A stretch of 64,000 bases of DNA from assembly GCF_009914755.1 (NCBI RefSeq), contig NC_060932.1; one strand, written 5' to 3'. Below the pieces are notes generated by a model. It had not been told where the DNA came from and ran no database searches. It saw only the letters and a program-made list of their open reading frames with translations. Numbering within the stretch: the stretch's first letter is position 1; every line of letters starts with the position of its first letter. The stretch comes from the human T2T-CHM13v2.0 reference genome, Homo sapiens. Shown one piece after another: positions 29,922-44,105 of the stretch. The translations under genes and the position numbers were made by a program.

Positions 29922-30540
29922 TTGGAAAAGGAACAGCACAATCTGTATTGAAATGTGCTGCGTTAAAAGGGTATGTTTCTAAGGTGTCGCTGAATGTAAG
30001 GTTACTACCTTTCCTGATTATGAACGAAAAGAATTTTAAAAACTAACTCCAAAGCAACATAAGGAAAATTTTTAATTAAATGCATTAAAATACTTACCAG
30101 TTATGTAGTTTCGTGCGTTTGCAGTTTCTTAAATTGCAGGTATTCCTTTGGAATCTAGTAATGGTGATAATAATGATGAAGATAAGGATTTCACCTCGAA
30201 GTAAACTCATTATTTTTACTCTTTTCTAAGTTCAAATCAACTTGTCTTAACGTCTTTATTTCATAATGCCACACTTTCAGCTAATCACATGCTAAATACT
30301 GGGCAGTCTCCTGTATTTAATACCCTTCCTTTCCACTTCCACCTGTCTCAAGCTGGTTCAAGCTCTCCTCCTAATTCCAGTAGCTTCCCAACCCATCACC
30401 ACCCACGTCCCACATAATGTAGTCTACATCCTGCGCACTACTAAATAAACATCTGAGAGCACACTCCTGATCACATACATTTTGGCTTTCAAAAGCATTC
30501 TGTAATAGGGGGGAAAAGTCACTTTAAAAAGGCTTGTTTA

Positions 30541-30841
30541 GGCCCAGCACCATGGCTCGCTCCTTTAATCCCAGCAGTCTGGGAGGCCAAGATGGGAGGA
30601 TCACTTGAGGCCAGGAGTTCAAGATCAGCATGGGCAACATGGCAAGACCCTGTCTTTATAAAAAATTTTAAAGTTAGCAGGGCTTGGTGCCATGCTCCTG
30701 TATTCCCAGCTACTCAGGAGGCTGAGGCAGAAGGATCACTTGAGCCCAGGAGTTCGATGCTGCAGTGAGCCATGATCATGCCACTGCACTCTAGCCTGGG
30801 CGATAGAGCAAGACCCTGTCTCAAAAAAAAAAAAAAAAAAA
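30541..30841 (+). mobile_element. Alu (AluJ-like)
   Basis: Full dimer; TSD AAAAAGGCT(T/G)GTTTA. Confidence 0.93.
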
Positions 30842-30849
30842 GGCTGGTT

Positions 30850-32250
30850 TACCAATCTCTTATCATCATAGATGCAAACTCCTAAGCACAATATTAGCAA
30901 ATTGAATCAAGTAGTAGTATAAAAAGAATAATCATAACTAAGTGAGATTTATCCAGAAACAAAAGGGTGGGTTAACATTGGGGGAAAAAATAAATGTAAT
31001 TCATCATAATAATTTTAAATAGGAGAAAAATCATGATTATCTTGATAGTAGCAAAGAAATTGATAAAATTAAGCACCCATTTAGGATAAAAACCTCTCTG
31101 CAAAGTAGGAATAGAGAAAACATCCATGATCTGATAAAGGACATTTACAAAAAAAACTACAGTTTACGTTATACTTAAGGTAAATTATTGAACATTTCCC
31201 CATGACATCAGTAATGAAACAAGGATGTACACGCTCTTACCACTTATTTTCAGCATGGCTTTAGATGCTCTAGCCAATGCAATAAAGGAGAAAGAGTAAC
31301 AAAAGACATTCAGATTGGAAAGGAAGAAATAACAGTCATTATTCACAAATTACACGATTGCCTATATTGAAAATCAAAAAAACTGTTGGCAAACTATTTT
31401 AATTAATAAATGAATTTAATAAGGTTATAGATACAATATCTAGATACAAAATTTAATTGTATACCTTTATTCCAGAAAATAAATAGAAAATTACATGTTT
31501 AATTATAATGGCACCAAAATAATCGAGTGCTTGGTAATACATCGATCAAACTATGTAATACAAAACATGATTGACTACATAACATTATTGACAGAAAGTT
31601 TAAAAAGTCCTAAATAAATGCAAGGATAATGGATCATGTTCACAGATTGTTAAGATGTCATTTCCCCCAAAATTGTTCTATAGATTCAATGTAACTTCAG
31701 CAATCTCAAATGCTTTTTTTGAGTAGAAATGGATGAGCAGATTCTAACATTTATATGGAAATGCAAATGCCTAGAATAGCCAAGGCAATTTTGAAGAACA
31801 AAGCTGGAATATTTAAATTATGAAATACTAAGATCTATTATAAAGTTACAGTTATTAAGTCAGTGTTTGCTTGGTACAAGGATAGAAAACAGGCAAATGA
31901 GTCAGAATAGAGGGACCTAAAAAAAGTGGACACATAAGGTAATTTGATTTTTCGAAGGTGATTACAGGGCAACAAAGGAAAGTCTCATGTGACCCCACCC
32001 CACCCCACAAATAAATGATCCCGTTTATTAACGTGACACAAGAAATGTGTTAACATAACACAGGAAATGAAGACTGATCCCCCTAATTCATTTAGATGAA
32101 TTAGAATTCATCTAAATTCCAGATGAATCATTATTTACATAGGAAAGTAAAATAATAAATATTAGTGGAAGAAAACATGATTTCAAAGTAGGCAGATCTT
32201 TCTTAAGTAGGACACACAAAAGTATGCCCTGCATCATAGAATCCCTAAAT
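30850..32250 (+). mobile_element. Ancient L1 (L1M-type) ORF2 remnant
   Basis: Degenerate L1 RT-region blocks (ACAAGGATG...CTCTTACCACT, CTAGCCAATGCAATAA, AGATTGGAAAGGAAGAA). Confidence 0.8.
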
Positions 32251-32289
32251 TTCACTGATTTAGTGAAGCATCAACATTTTGCAGGAATT

Positions 32290-34200
32290 TTCTTCCACAT
32301 TCTGAAGTATACATATCTCACCAAGGCCTCCAACCTGTTTGCCAAATCCTTACTCATCCAATCTGGTGAGCATAATACCATCACTGTAGTAGAACAGTGG
32401 ATGTTCTGCAGCATGTCCAGACACTTCAGGTCTCTTGGGAATACATTATGATAGAGGTTAAGGAGATACAGCTTAGCTCTGGGTCAACATTGCAAGTATT
32501 TTCTATTATTTTTTCTAATTAAATATGAGCACTTTTGGATTCTACTTTCTGTTAAGGTTGGGGAAGCACATGTCATCATATCAATCACCCCAAACCTGTT
32601 GCCTGAGGTCATGTTGTTCTGCTCTTGTAAAGATTTCACATCTGGTACAGCAGCTCTAATTGGGGTTATTACTTTGTTGATTGCAGTAGTCGGCTGTTTA
32701 TTCTCCAGGAACTGTTAGGCTTTTGTAGGTCAAGTATGATGAATTAAATGGAGATAAAAAGGGAGCCAAAAAGAAAGCACTAATATCTATCATTCCCCTA
32801 TATTGTTCTTGCTCACTGTCATGGCTGTACAATTTGAGGCTGCTCCCTGTTGGCCTTGCCCGCGTTGATAGTTCTTACCCTACAGGCCAAGGAGCTGAGG
32901 TGGGTATTGTAAGAACTACCAAGGATGTTCATTTCAATTATATATTTGGGAACTAGGAAAATGACCACCACGTAAGTCTATGTGTTCGGTGGACCCACTG
33001 TATGCCAGACCTGGACAAGGACTCCCTTAACTCTCTGGCTTCTGAATACCTCTGCTTTAACCAGGAGTCATAATATTTTGGGTTCATGGGTATCAATAAT
33101 GATCATGTCCCACAGCCCTCCAAGTATTTGGGCATTCTCTTTTCCTCAGTGTATGATTTTCCAAGCGAATGGCTATAGGTCCCTTAAGGGAAAGACTGAG
33201 AGTAGGGTGGGGTGCGGGGAGGTCATTACCATATATTCTTGCTATGGGATTGCAGGGTCCTTCTTACTGGCAGTCCTGCCTCTCCACCAGTCAATGGGTT
33301 CTGGATTGGCAAAGTGGCTCAAATCAGGAAATTCGGAAAGAGACTGTGACTTTTTGTTGAGGCTGCTGCTCTGAGCCTTGTGTCTTCCATTCTTGATACC
33401 TGTTCACTGAACAGATTGAGTTTACTCTTGGTTAACTGTCTTTCCCCACAGGGGTGCCTTATTCTATTAAGCATCTTTTAAGCTCACTCTGGGTCGAGAG
33501 CTCTGCTGCCACTTCAATCTTGCCACTCAAGATAATTATACCATTCGGATGGTTAAGTACCACCAGCTGGCCTCTATCATTTCAGGATTCTATTATCCCC
33601 AGTCCTATCTGGGAACTCAATTCCATAACAGCATCTTTTATCATCAACCATGACCTACAGAGGAGACCTACCACTGAGCTTCTCAGTGATGCTGGTACCC
33701 TTCTCACCAGAGAATTCCATGTCTCTTTAATAAATGGCACATCTGAACTGGAATTTTGACATCTGGGGGGTTTCCAGCCCTACATAATATGGCCACTGTA
33801 GCATACCCATTTCCCTGAGCAGTTTGATCCCTACTTCTACCATCTGCCATGGCAGCTGTGGCATTTTTACTTCTCTTAGCGTGGGCCACCACTTTTCCAC
33901 AAACTTCTAAAAGCCGTCATAGAAGCATGATAGCAATGTTTCCCAGAGTCCTTGCTGGAATGTTCGATCCTCTCTCCCTGGAGACTGCTCTCAAATCAAT
34001 AAACTCTCTCATACAAATTTACTTTCCACTCTCCTTTTGTTCAGCATCCTCAGAAGGCAGTCCCATCAGTACTGTCTTGTTCCAGCTGCTTCATGTTGGC
34101 AGGGTTCTACAGCTCCTTCTGGGTAAAGCCACCTCCTTCCTTTATCAGGCCCAGTTCTTCCCTGCTGGGAAATACTATAACTTAGCCCAACTTATTGTCT
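32290..34200 (-). mobile_element. ERVL-class internal gag-pro-pol remnant
   Basis: Minus strand near 32640-32690 reads DY../NKVITPIRAAVPDV, like the ERVL RT motif DYRKLNQVVTPIAAAVPDV; frameshifted. Confidence 0.65.
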
Positions 34201-34429
34201 GATTGCCAGGATGAAAGATGGTAGTGGCAGAGTGATGAAGGAAAACAGATCCCACAATTTCTATCTGTTGCTTGGTAACAACACAGGTCTAATAATCAGA
34301 GCCCAGAAAAAAATTGAAGAGGAGCATGATGCAAATAGGGTTTGCTTTTGGTAGCAAATTGGTCTGCTTATTGCTCCATGCTCCCTGCTTCTTGTACCTT
34401 GCTGGCATCTCCTCTCACCTCTGTCATGG

Positions 34430-35870
34430 TATAAACAAACTCTTCTAAATCTTTAGGGTCTTGACAGAGTCTTCCCTTTACATCTTGCCTTAAATGAAAC
34501 TTTGCTGTCACCCTAGACCACAGCTTCCCATGACAGGTTCTAGGCTAGTTTGCTCCAATGCCTCTCCCACTCATATCCAGTACAGCTGTGGGCCACTAGG
34601 GTTACTACTTCCCCCTAAACTTTACTTTCCATTTTAGTGTATTACTCTTCCCTACTTTGCAAAACCTCTCCTTGGTCAGGATCATTTCGTGTAACTATCC
34701 ACCCTCTAGACCTTCTTTTTCTATTACCTACTGCAGGTATGACCATGTCACTTGCCCATATTCACTAAGGACACTGTCACATATGTGAGAGATTTTGCTC
34801 CATCCCAACTCTTGCCATCACTCTCAACTACACTGAAAACTCATTCTACATGCTAGGCTCACTATTCTTCAACTGTCTCAGCTTCTGTGACTTTCATCTC
34901 TACTCCACACATACCACCCTCTCAGTTGGCCACACTTTCGATCTTCACATCATCAGAACCTTCTTCACCCTTATTTTCCTGCTTTATAACTGGAGCTGCC
35001 TGGCCTTCCCACTTCCTTGTATGTTCACTTCCATTGCCTCGCTTTTTAGCCTCACCCACGACTCCAGCCACATGATCCTTCCACTTTACCCAGGTGTCAG
35101 TCTCCTTCCATCCTCCTTCATATCCGGGCTGGACACCAGGATGGATAGCTCAGTAACTTTGCTGTCAGTCAGCTCTCACTACTGAGCTGTAGCTCTCAGA
35201 AGTACTTTTACCCTGAGATCTCTTAGATCCATAGCTCACTTGTCTAAGAGCCCTAACAAACTCAGAACTATGAGTCAATCAATCCCACAGCAAATTTCTC
35301 TACTGAGACACCTGGGTAAAATCTGTCCATCTTCAAAAATACGGAACCAATGCCAATCTATAAACTCTAATATCAGTTGAACTACAGAATACAATTGATC
35401 AGTATCTTTTCCTGCTTTTAAGAAAATCTATTCTCAATAACTCTGAAGAGCTATTTGACACATTTGCTGAACTCCTCAGATCTGATCATCTCCTGCTTTC
35501 CTTCCAAGAAAATGGTTTCGTATCTTACTAGAAATTGAGGCAAGAGCTTCCTTACACTTTCTGACCTTACACTGCTGCTGTTCTTATCACAAAACAAACC
35601 TCTTTTCTTTTAAAATCTGTACCCATGCCTTATCCTTGCCTTCTTATCTCTGGTTTCATGATATGATTTTACCATTCAGTTCAGGATCAATTTCTCCATG
35701 TGCTTACACCCATCTCCTCTCATTTCCCCAGGGTTTTGCTTTATCAGTTATCCCTTTCTCCTACTTGTTTTCAGTTTCTCCCTTTGGTTCCTTTACCATA
35801 CCCTAAAAATATTTACCTTGTCCTCTCCCCCAAAATTCCATTAACCCTGCCATTAATTTCCAGCGAATGT
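34430..35870 (+). mobile_element. L2 LINE ORF2 remnant
   Basis: Pyrimidine-rich; CTTGCCTTAAATGAAAC resembles the L2 endonuclease LALTETW motif. Confidence 0.5.
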
Positions 35871-36020
35871 TCAGCTAACATGTAAGTTTAATAGTGCTAG
35901 ACTTAATTGTTTCAAGATCACACAATGGGTAACTAACAAAGGTAACTCAGTCTCCTCTTATCTATAAGTGGTCTTAAATAATAACTACCTTGAAGTGTTA
36001 TTGTTAGGAATAAGTGAGAT

Positions 36021-36602
36021 TGTAAATCAAAAAGTCTCTGAGACAAGTCTCAATCAATTTAGAGGTTTATTTTGCCAAGGTTGAGGACAGGCTTGGTAAA
36101 AAGACACAAGCCACAGTAGGATCTGTGGCCTGTACTTTTTCCAAGGATTTTAAGAGCTTCAATATTTAAAGGGGAAAGTGGTCAGGAAGGGAAAGAGGGG
36201 GGGAAAAAGAGGGAGGGTATGGTCACACTCTTGTGAATCCACACATTGCACAAGAAAAGGAGGGGAGAGAGGGAACAGTTGATGTATTCATATCGTGCTC
36301 AATAAATCTGCACTTTACATAAGGTAAAGTAAACATAGAGGAAGCAGCAAATATGCATTTGTCTTGGGGTGGGTGGGGTGGGGGGACGGGATGATTTCTA
36401 GTCTCCTCTTGTCCCATACTTGTGAAGATAACGTGTTAATTTACATCATCGGATGAGGGAGGTCCCCTTTGGAGATACGTGGCCATCTGTCAGTTTAAGA
36501 CAAAAGGAAAGGTAGTTTTGGTTTTTAAAAATATTTTTTCATGACTCAGTTTCTGAGCTTAACTTTTCCCTTTTGGCATAGTGATTTTATTTTCCTTCCA
36601 CA
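36021..36602 (-). mobile_element. MER4-group ERV1 solo LTR
   Basis: TG...CA termini, 4-bp flanks AGAT/AGAC; CTGAGACAAGTCTCAATCAATTTAGA.GTTTATTTTGCCAAGGTTGAG. Confidence 0.8.
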
Positions 36603-37836
36603 AGACACTATATTATATATGGTAGTTGTTAAGCAAATGTGACTTTCCTTTTCTTCCTTTATAGTTCCATGAGGGAAGGGCTGGTGTCTAAGACATGTCT
36701 GTGTTCCTACTGTCTAAATCACTTTTGTTTCTCATATTTACCATAGTGATGAACACATGGAAGATGCATAACTCTTTGTTAAACTTAACTACTCATTGAA
36801 CCTCTTTCCAACTTTTACTTAGATTGCAACTGTGAAGGTCGGTGGGGTGTGGAGTGTGGGTGAATGAGAAGCATGTGGAGATCAAGTGTTGATTCAAGGT
36901 GTATCTTTATTATTCTGAATATGTCTGATAGTAAGGAGCAATGAGTTCTATTTTTGTGTCTCAATGCTCATTCTACTTTACTATAATGATTTTGCTATAA
37001 TAATTATATATTTTACTAGAATAAATAATTTAACTTCTATGTGTCTTGTTTCTTCTTTATATGGGGATATAACAATATATGTATGATTAATCTGTGCATA
37101 AGCAGTAGAATTAATTGAAACATCAATGGATTACTTGAATCGTATTGGCTGTTTAATCATAGTTTTTTTTTTTTAATTGAAAGATAAAAGAATATAAGAC
37201 TCCAAATTGCAGAGTATAAGATTTGGCTTTACTGAATGAGAACAAATAAGTCTATGTAATGGGATCATGGGCAAGCCTCCCTTGCAGAAGTCATTCAAGA
37301 AGCGAATTAACAATTACAAAGCACTTTGAAACTCTGAAGCTTAATATTTACCTAAAATGTGTAAATTAGATGAAATATTCAAACACCAGAGATACATAAG
37401 AGCTAATATTATATATAATATGTTATATATATTTAAGCTATTTTATTTTAACAGCATTTCACAATGAACTCCTTAGTACCACACCAGGTTACCTATAGCA
37501 ATTCTGCCAAATCTAGTTTATTTGCAAAATCACAGATTTTTAGACCTACAAGCGATATTATAGTTCTATACTGATCTCATTTATGCAAACACCCTAGTTT
37601 TATGGATGAGGAAAATAAAGCTGATAAAAGTTAATTTGTCCAGTAACAGAAAGCCAATTTGTCACAGAGTTGTGACAAGAACAGTATCATCAGCTGTTTT
37701 GCTTCTCAGTGCAGCTCTCTTTCAATCCCTTCAGCTCCCAAATGGAATGGACTTAGTTCCTGGAGCACAGCACAACTCTTGAGCAATTCCTGTGATGTGC
37801 AATCTGGGGAGTGAAGGCAGGATAAAAAACCAGAGA

Positions 37837-37973
37837 GGCCTAGCACAGTGACTGACATTTGTAATCCCAGCTACTCTGGAGGCTGAGGCAGGAGGATTGC
37901 TTGAGCCCAGGAGTTTAAGGCCAGACTGAGCATCATAGTGAGAGCCGGTCTCTAGGAAAAAAAAAAAAAAAAA
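37837..37973 (+). mobile_element. Alu monomer (FLAM-like)
   Basis: Single left-arm unit with poly-A. Confidence 0.85.
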
Positions 37974-38379
37974 GCAAAAATCCAGAGGGAGGAACATTAT
38001 TAACTGTAGCTCCCTTTTCCCCGACTCAGACTTGCCCTTTAAGGACGTCAGCAATCACATGTCTGGCACCTTCCACCAGAAGTAAGCATGACTCTCCCTT
38101 TCAGGTGGGCCTTACTGATATTCTTCAGTAGTGAGTCAGATATCAGTCAAAGAGTGTCTCAGTCTATTTATTCTATTTCCAAAATAATGTGGAGCAACCC
38201 TCTGTCCATTTCTGAAAGGTGTGGGTCTTCCTCACCACAGCAGCACAGGCTGGTGTAACAACATGGCTTTGGGGCTGGGTGCCAAGGGGTTTGCTTGCAG
38301 CTTACTGCTGTTGGGGATGTCCAGTTAAAAACAAAATCTCCTGGCACCCCAGTAGACCCACAAGCAATTGACTAGAGAT

Positions 38380-38947
38380 TGTGAAGACAAAAATAAATCT
38401 CACACTTTATATAGGCAAGCAGATACAACCATTTCATACGTGTTCTTAAGAGGAACAATAATTAGTCCTCAAGTAAGAGGACTTGATAGCACCCTTTGTC
38501 ACACCTTGTTCATACCAAATTCACTTGATAATTAGGGTTATCACCCTTATTAACTAATTGGGTTGATTTAAAGGAAAAATTAACTTATTTTATCTTTACG
38601 ACTGGGGGTAGGTTTCAACTTGAAGCCAGGTAAACAGCTTAAGTTAGGCTCCTACTCTCCCACAGAAATAGGAGATAGGATAGGGCCACTATCTTCTTTG
38701 ATTATTACTTTGCAAAGGAGTGGCTGTAGGGTCCTTAGACACTGCTGCATTGTAAGGCTGGCAAGAGGCTTACTTAGCCTTAAAAAAAAAAAAGATTTGC
38801 ATACATTTCAAAGAGACAACGAAAGAATTTGCAATGACAAGATTTATAAGGCAAATGCTTTAAGCAAAGGGAGGAAGGGAAACCTCTTCCTTTATTTTCA
38901 ACAGGAAGAATTAAGCCTCTTATTCTTAATTTGTGTTTGCCTTTACA
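38380..38947 (-). mobile_element. ERV1-type solo LTR (MER4 group, subfamily uncertain)
   Basis: TGTGAAG...CCTTTACA termini; LTR-like composition. Confidence 0.55.
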
Positions 38948-39074
38948 TTCCCAAGCTGGCTAAGCCTGATCACCCTCTTCAACCTGTTTTCCTGGGGCAG
39001 AAGCTGTGAACTTTAATTTCATTCAAACACAACTCTGTATTTTGGATACTGTGTGTCTTTTTTTTTTTTTTTTA

Positions 39075-40230
<1,156 letters not shown>

Positions 40231-40234
40231 ATAT

Positions 40235-40762
40235 ACTACCTTAAGGAAGAAAAATAAAAACTTACAAAAGGCCTTGCCAAAAGCATTGGTGTCTAGAAAT
40301 TATGCTTAGTGCAATTATATATGCACTAATATAATATAACATATATTATATATGATATCATATATGATACATTATATGTTATATATGATATATTATATAT
40401 AATATGTATTATTAATATATTATATACCATATATTATATTATAATTATAATATATTATATTTAATATATATTTACTATAATATATTATATTATATTTAAT
40501 ATAATATATTATATTTAATATAATATAATATATTATATTTAATATAAATATACTTAATATAATATATATTATATATAATATTTAATATAATATATATTAC
40601 ATGTTATATATAATATAAATAATATATATTATATATAACATGTAATATATATTATATAATATATAATACGTTATATATATAATTGCACTAAGCATAATTT
40701 CTAGACACCAATGCTTTTGGCAAGGCCTTTTGTAGGTTTTTCTTTTTCTCCCTTAAGGTAGT
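40235..40762. repeat. Long inverted repeat (88-bp arms, AT-rich 352-bp spacer)
   Basis: 40235-40322 is the reverse complement of 40675-40762 with 3 mismatches. Confidence 0.95.
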
Positions 40763-41777
40763 TTATTTCATGGGTAATAATCCTGTTGAATTTGCTTAGT
40801 AGTTATAGCTTGTGATTCTGTGAGAAAAGAAAAATCATTACATAGTAGTATCAGGGATTCTATGCTAATTCTGGGCTAATTACTGGCCATTCTCCATGTG
40901 CATGATGATAGCGAGCGTTTGCTGGCTGTTTTGTATGTGTCATGTTCTGTTCTAAGTGCTTTAAATATATTATGTCATTTAAATCTGAGTAGAAGCTTGT
41001 GAAGTTGACACCCTTACTATTGTATCTGCATCTCACAGATAAGGGAATCAAATGAGAAAGTTTGTAACTGGCTAAACATTATACATCTAGTGAGACATGT
41101 AGCTTGGCTTAAACCCCAGCAGTCTGACTCCCGAGGTTCTACCCCACTAGCACAGAGTAAAATACAGTGGCTGAAAACAGGGGCCCTATAGCGCGACAAG
41201 GCTGGGTTCAGATTCCATCACCGTTGTTTACTAGCTGGACAGTTTGCCTACCTGTGTTGTGCCTCAGTTTCCCAAATGCTGATAATATAAGCCTTATAAG
41301 TGCTTGTGACGATTAGTGAAATGTGTACACAGACTGTGTGCAGAATCTGACATACAGAAAAAGTGGGGAAACACTAGCTTTCATGAAAAATAGATCCTCA
41401 GACACTGAAGTCAGGCTCCATGGCTCCCCCTCATGGAAATACTGTAACTTACTGCATTTCGAACGGCCTCTTGGTTTTATGCCCCTCATCTGTTCCTTAG
41501 TAGTGCCTATGACTGCTGCACATTCTCCTCTAAATTACTTTTGTAATAACCTCATTAGAAAATGGTAACAGTCTCAGTACCTCATTCAACAAAGTGTTTG
41601 ATGGCTCACCATGCACCAAACATTGTGCTAGATATGAGGGATAGAAGGATGGTAAATTTAAAAAGGTAGGCACCCCGCCCCACAGCTGCTAATATATAAG
41701 AGAAAGACGCAATTGCAATTGTAACAAGAGCCCCCAAAAGGGAAATTCAGTGCCCTATGAAAACATACAGCTAAGGC

Positions 41778-42843
41778 AAGGGCTGATTTACCTGAAGCTA
41801 GTAAATTTCAGGGCCTCTTGCTTGCACAGCTCTTCCAAGGCCCCAGGGCCATTTCTTTTTTCCAGTAAAATTCACAAAAGTAAGTTATTTTAACAAAAGG
41901 AGTTAAAATAATTCTCTTTCCATTCCTATTTCTGTCAAAATTCCTCTCATGTTGGATGATGTTGGAGTGGTCACCAGCAGTTGGGGTGTCTGCTAAACTG
42001 AATTGGGGAATTAATTTATTTCTTAGATCAGTTCAGAAATACTTGTGTGGTTTGTTGTCACTTCACTATAGAGTTAATGCTCTATACTGTCCTTTGGTGG
42101 GGCTGTCTTCCAGCAGACTGGACTATACTTTCTGCCCACCTTGTGACATTTATGTGCAGGGCCAGAGGTGGTATTGAAATGTAGAAGTGTCCAGTGGTAC
42201 TCAGCTCTGGAAGTAAATGGGAATTGGAGGAGAAGCAAAGTTTGAATTGTTTAAAGTGTATGAAGCCATAAGCTAGTATCAAATTATGTAAAAGTGTTAG
42301 CAGAGGATATGGTTTCATGGATGCATAGTCAAAACAGAAGTTTGTCCCCATCATGAATATTCACAATTTAGTGTTTACTATTATGAATGCACCATGCTTT
42401 TTAAAAATATGATAATAATTGCATACAATAGAAATTTTTAGAAATTCTGTCTTGGCCAGATACAAATCTGTGGTGGTCCTATGAGTGGCAAATCTAAGTG
42501 TGTGTGAGGTATGATTTAGCACTTGAACTCCTTATTCTCTCTATTAAAAATATGCTTATAAAATCTTCAATAAAGGAAGAGGTGATCAAAGAGAATGCAG
42601 CTCCGAAATGTAGACGGAAATTGCAATTAGAGATGTGTTAGACATTTAAGTAGTTTGAAACATTACTTTATATTTGTGTGAAATTTAGGATACTGTAAAT
42701 TTTTTGGAATTTGTAATTTGTTCTAATTTCTTCTTATATTGTAAGTTAATATTCATTTTTGCATCTAATTTTGTAATCTTTTTCTTAAATGGCTTCCCAA
42801 AGTTTATAAGCTTCAGGTACCACCAAACTTGGATGCTTCCCTA
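41778..42843. mobile_element. Probable old hAT DNA transposon
   Basis: Ends AGGGCTGATTTA.../...TGGATGCTTCCCT with related subterminal (T/C)TTCAGG motifs. Confidence 0.35.
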
Positions 42844-43691
42844 GTAGGAAGACCTGAATTAGTGTAGAAGTCAAGGTAACTTTTCCTGAGAAAACAAAAT
42901 CAAAGCTGACCCCTGATTATGGGGTCAGAGGCAGCCATACTAGGGTGATGATGTGAAAGTGGGGAGAGGAGGCATGTGTGTGAGGGGAGCAGCCATTGCT
43001 GGAGTGTAGGAGTCTGCCAGTCACTAAGGCTGAACCATCAGATAAGAAATCAGAAGAAATAGCACCAAAGGGAAAAATCTGTCCTCATGATCCAATCACC
43101 TCCCACCAGGCCCCAATTCCAACATTGGGGATTACAATTCGACATGAGATTTGGGTAGGGACACAAATCCAAATCATATCACCAATGTTGCAACTTCTTC
43201 TTAGAAACAAGATGAACCCCACTTTTAGGCCTTTTGATTTCAGGAAATATTAAAAATTAAAAATAATATAACCATTTTTTCTGTTCATATTCAAGACAAG
43301 CTAGTGGTATAAATATTCAACCATATATTCAAGGATGAAGGTAATATCATTTTATTTTATTTTATTTAAATTCCATTCCTAGCCCTATCCATTCCTCCAT
43401 GATTGTGGGAATTGTGGGAAATTCAACCTTAGTCATCTTTAGTGCCCTGTCTCCTTTCTTCCCTCTCGGTATCATAAGAAGGACACCAAGTCCTATACAG
43501 GCCTTTAGGGGAGGCCTCTCTGATTTTCAGTTCCTAGTGGTTATATTTTTCCTAACTGGTTTATTCCTTTGAGGTTCCAACCCTCTGCTTCTGTACCAAG
43601 CTTGGAGAACGACAGTAAAACAGAACCCAGAGTCCAGGCTGCCTAAGTGTTTTATGTAGCTATTTCCCTCTGACTAGATTGTAGAGTGTGG

Positions 43692-44053
43692 GTAACGTAG
43701 TTTGGATGTGTGTCCCCACCCAAATCTCATATATTGAAATGTAATGCCTGGTGTTGGAGGTGGAGCCTGGTAGAATGTGATTAGATCATGGGGGCAGGTT
43801 TCTCATGAATGGTTTAGCACTATTCCACTTGGTACTATCTTCACCATAGTGAGGGAATTCTCCTGAGATCTAGTCATTTAAAAGTGTGCCCCTTTGCCTT
43901 CCATGAGTGGAAGCTTCCTGAGGCCTCCCCAGAAGCAGATGCCACCATGCTTCCTGTACCGCCTGCAGAACCATGAGCAAATTAAACCTCTTTTCTTATA
44001 AATTACTCAGTCTTAGATATTTCTTTATAGGAATGCAAGAATGGACTAATACA
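43692..44053 (+). mobile_element. MST-type MaLR LTR
   Basis: GTTTGGATGTGTGTCCCCACCCAAATCTCAT ... ATTAAACCTCTTTTCTTATAAATTAC ... GGACTAATACA. Confidence 0.85.
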
Positions 44054-44105
44054 GGGGGTCTACCTAAAACTTTTGCAAACTTCTTTTTCATGTCTAATGT
44101 ATGGT

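Larger units (their letters stand above)
29300..29925. promoter_or_regulatory. NBN CpG-island promoter / first exon
   Basis: Abrupt GC- and CpG-rich block around the NBN ATG within AT-rich flanks; no obvious TATA box. Confidence 0.92.

Noticed and set aside
29159-29939. Cluster of overlapping ORFs
   Set aside because: CpG-island artefacts; only 29706-29742 is NBN coding.
32982-34202. Several 100-130-aa plus-strand ORFs
   Set aside because: Antisense to a decayed ERVL internal region; no intact retroviral ORF is evident on either strand.
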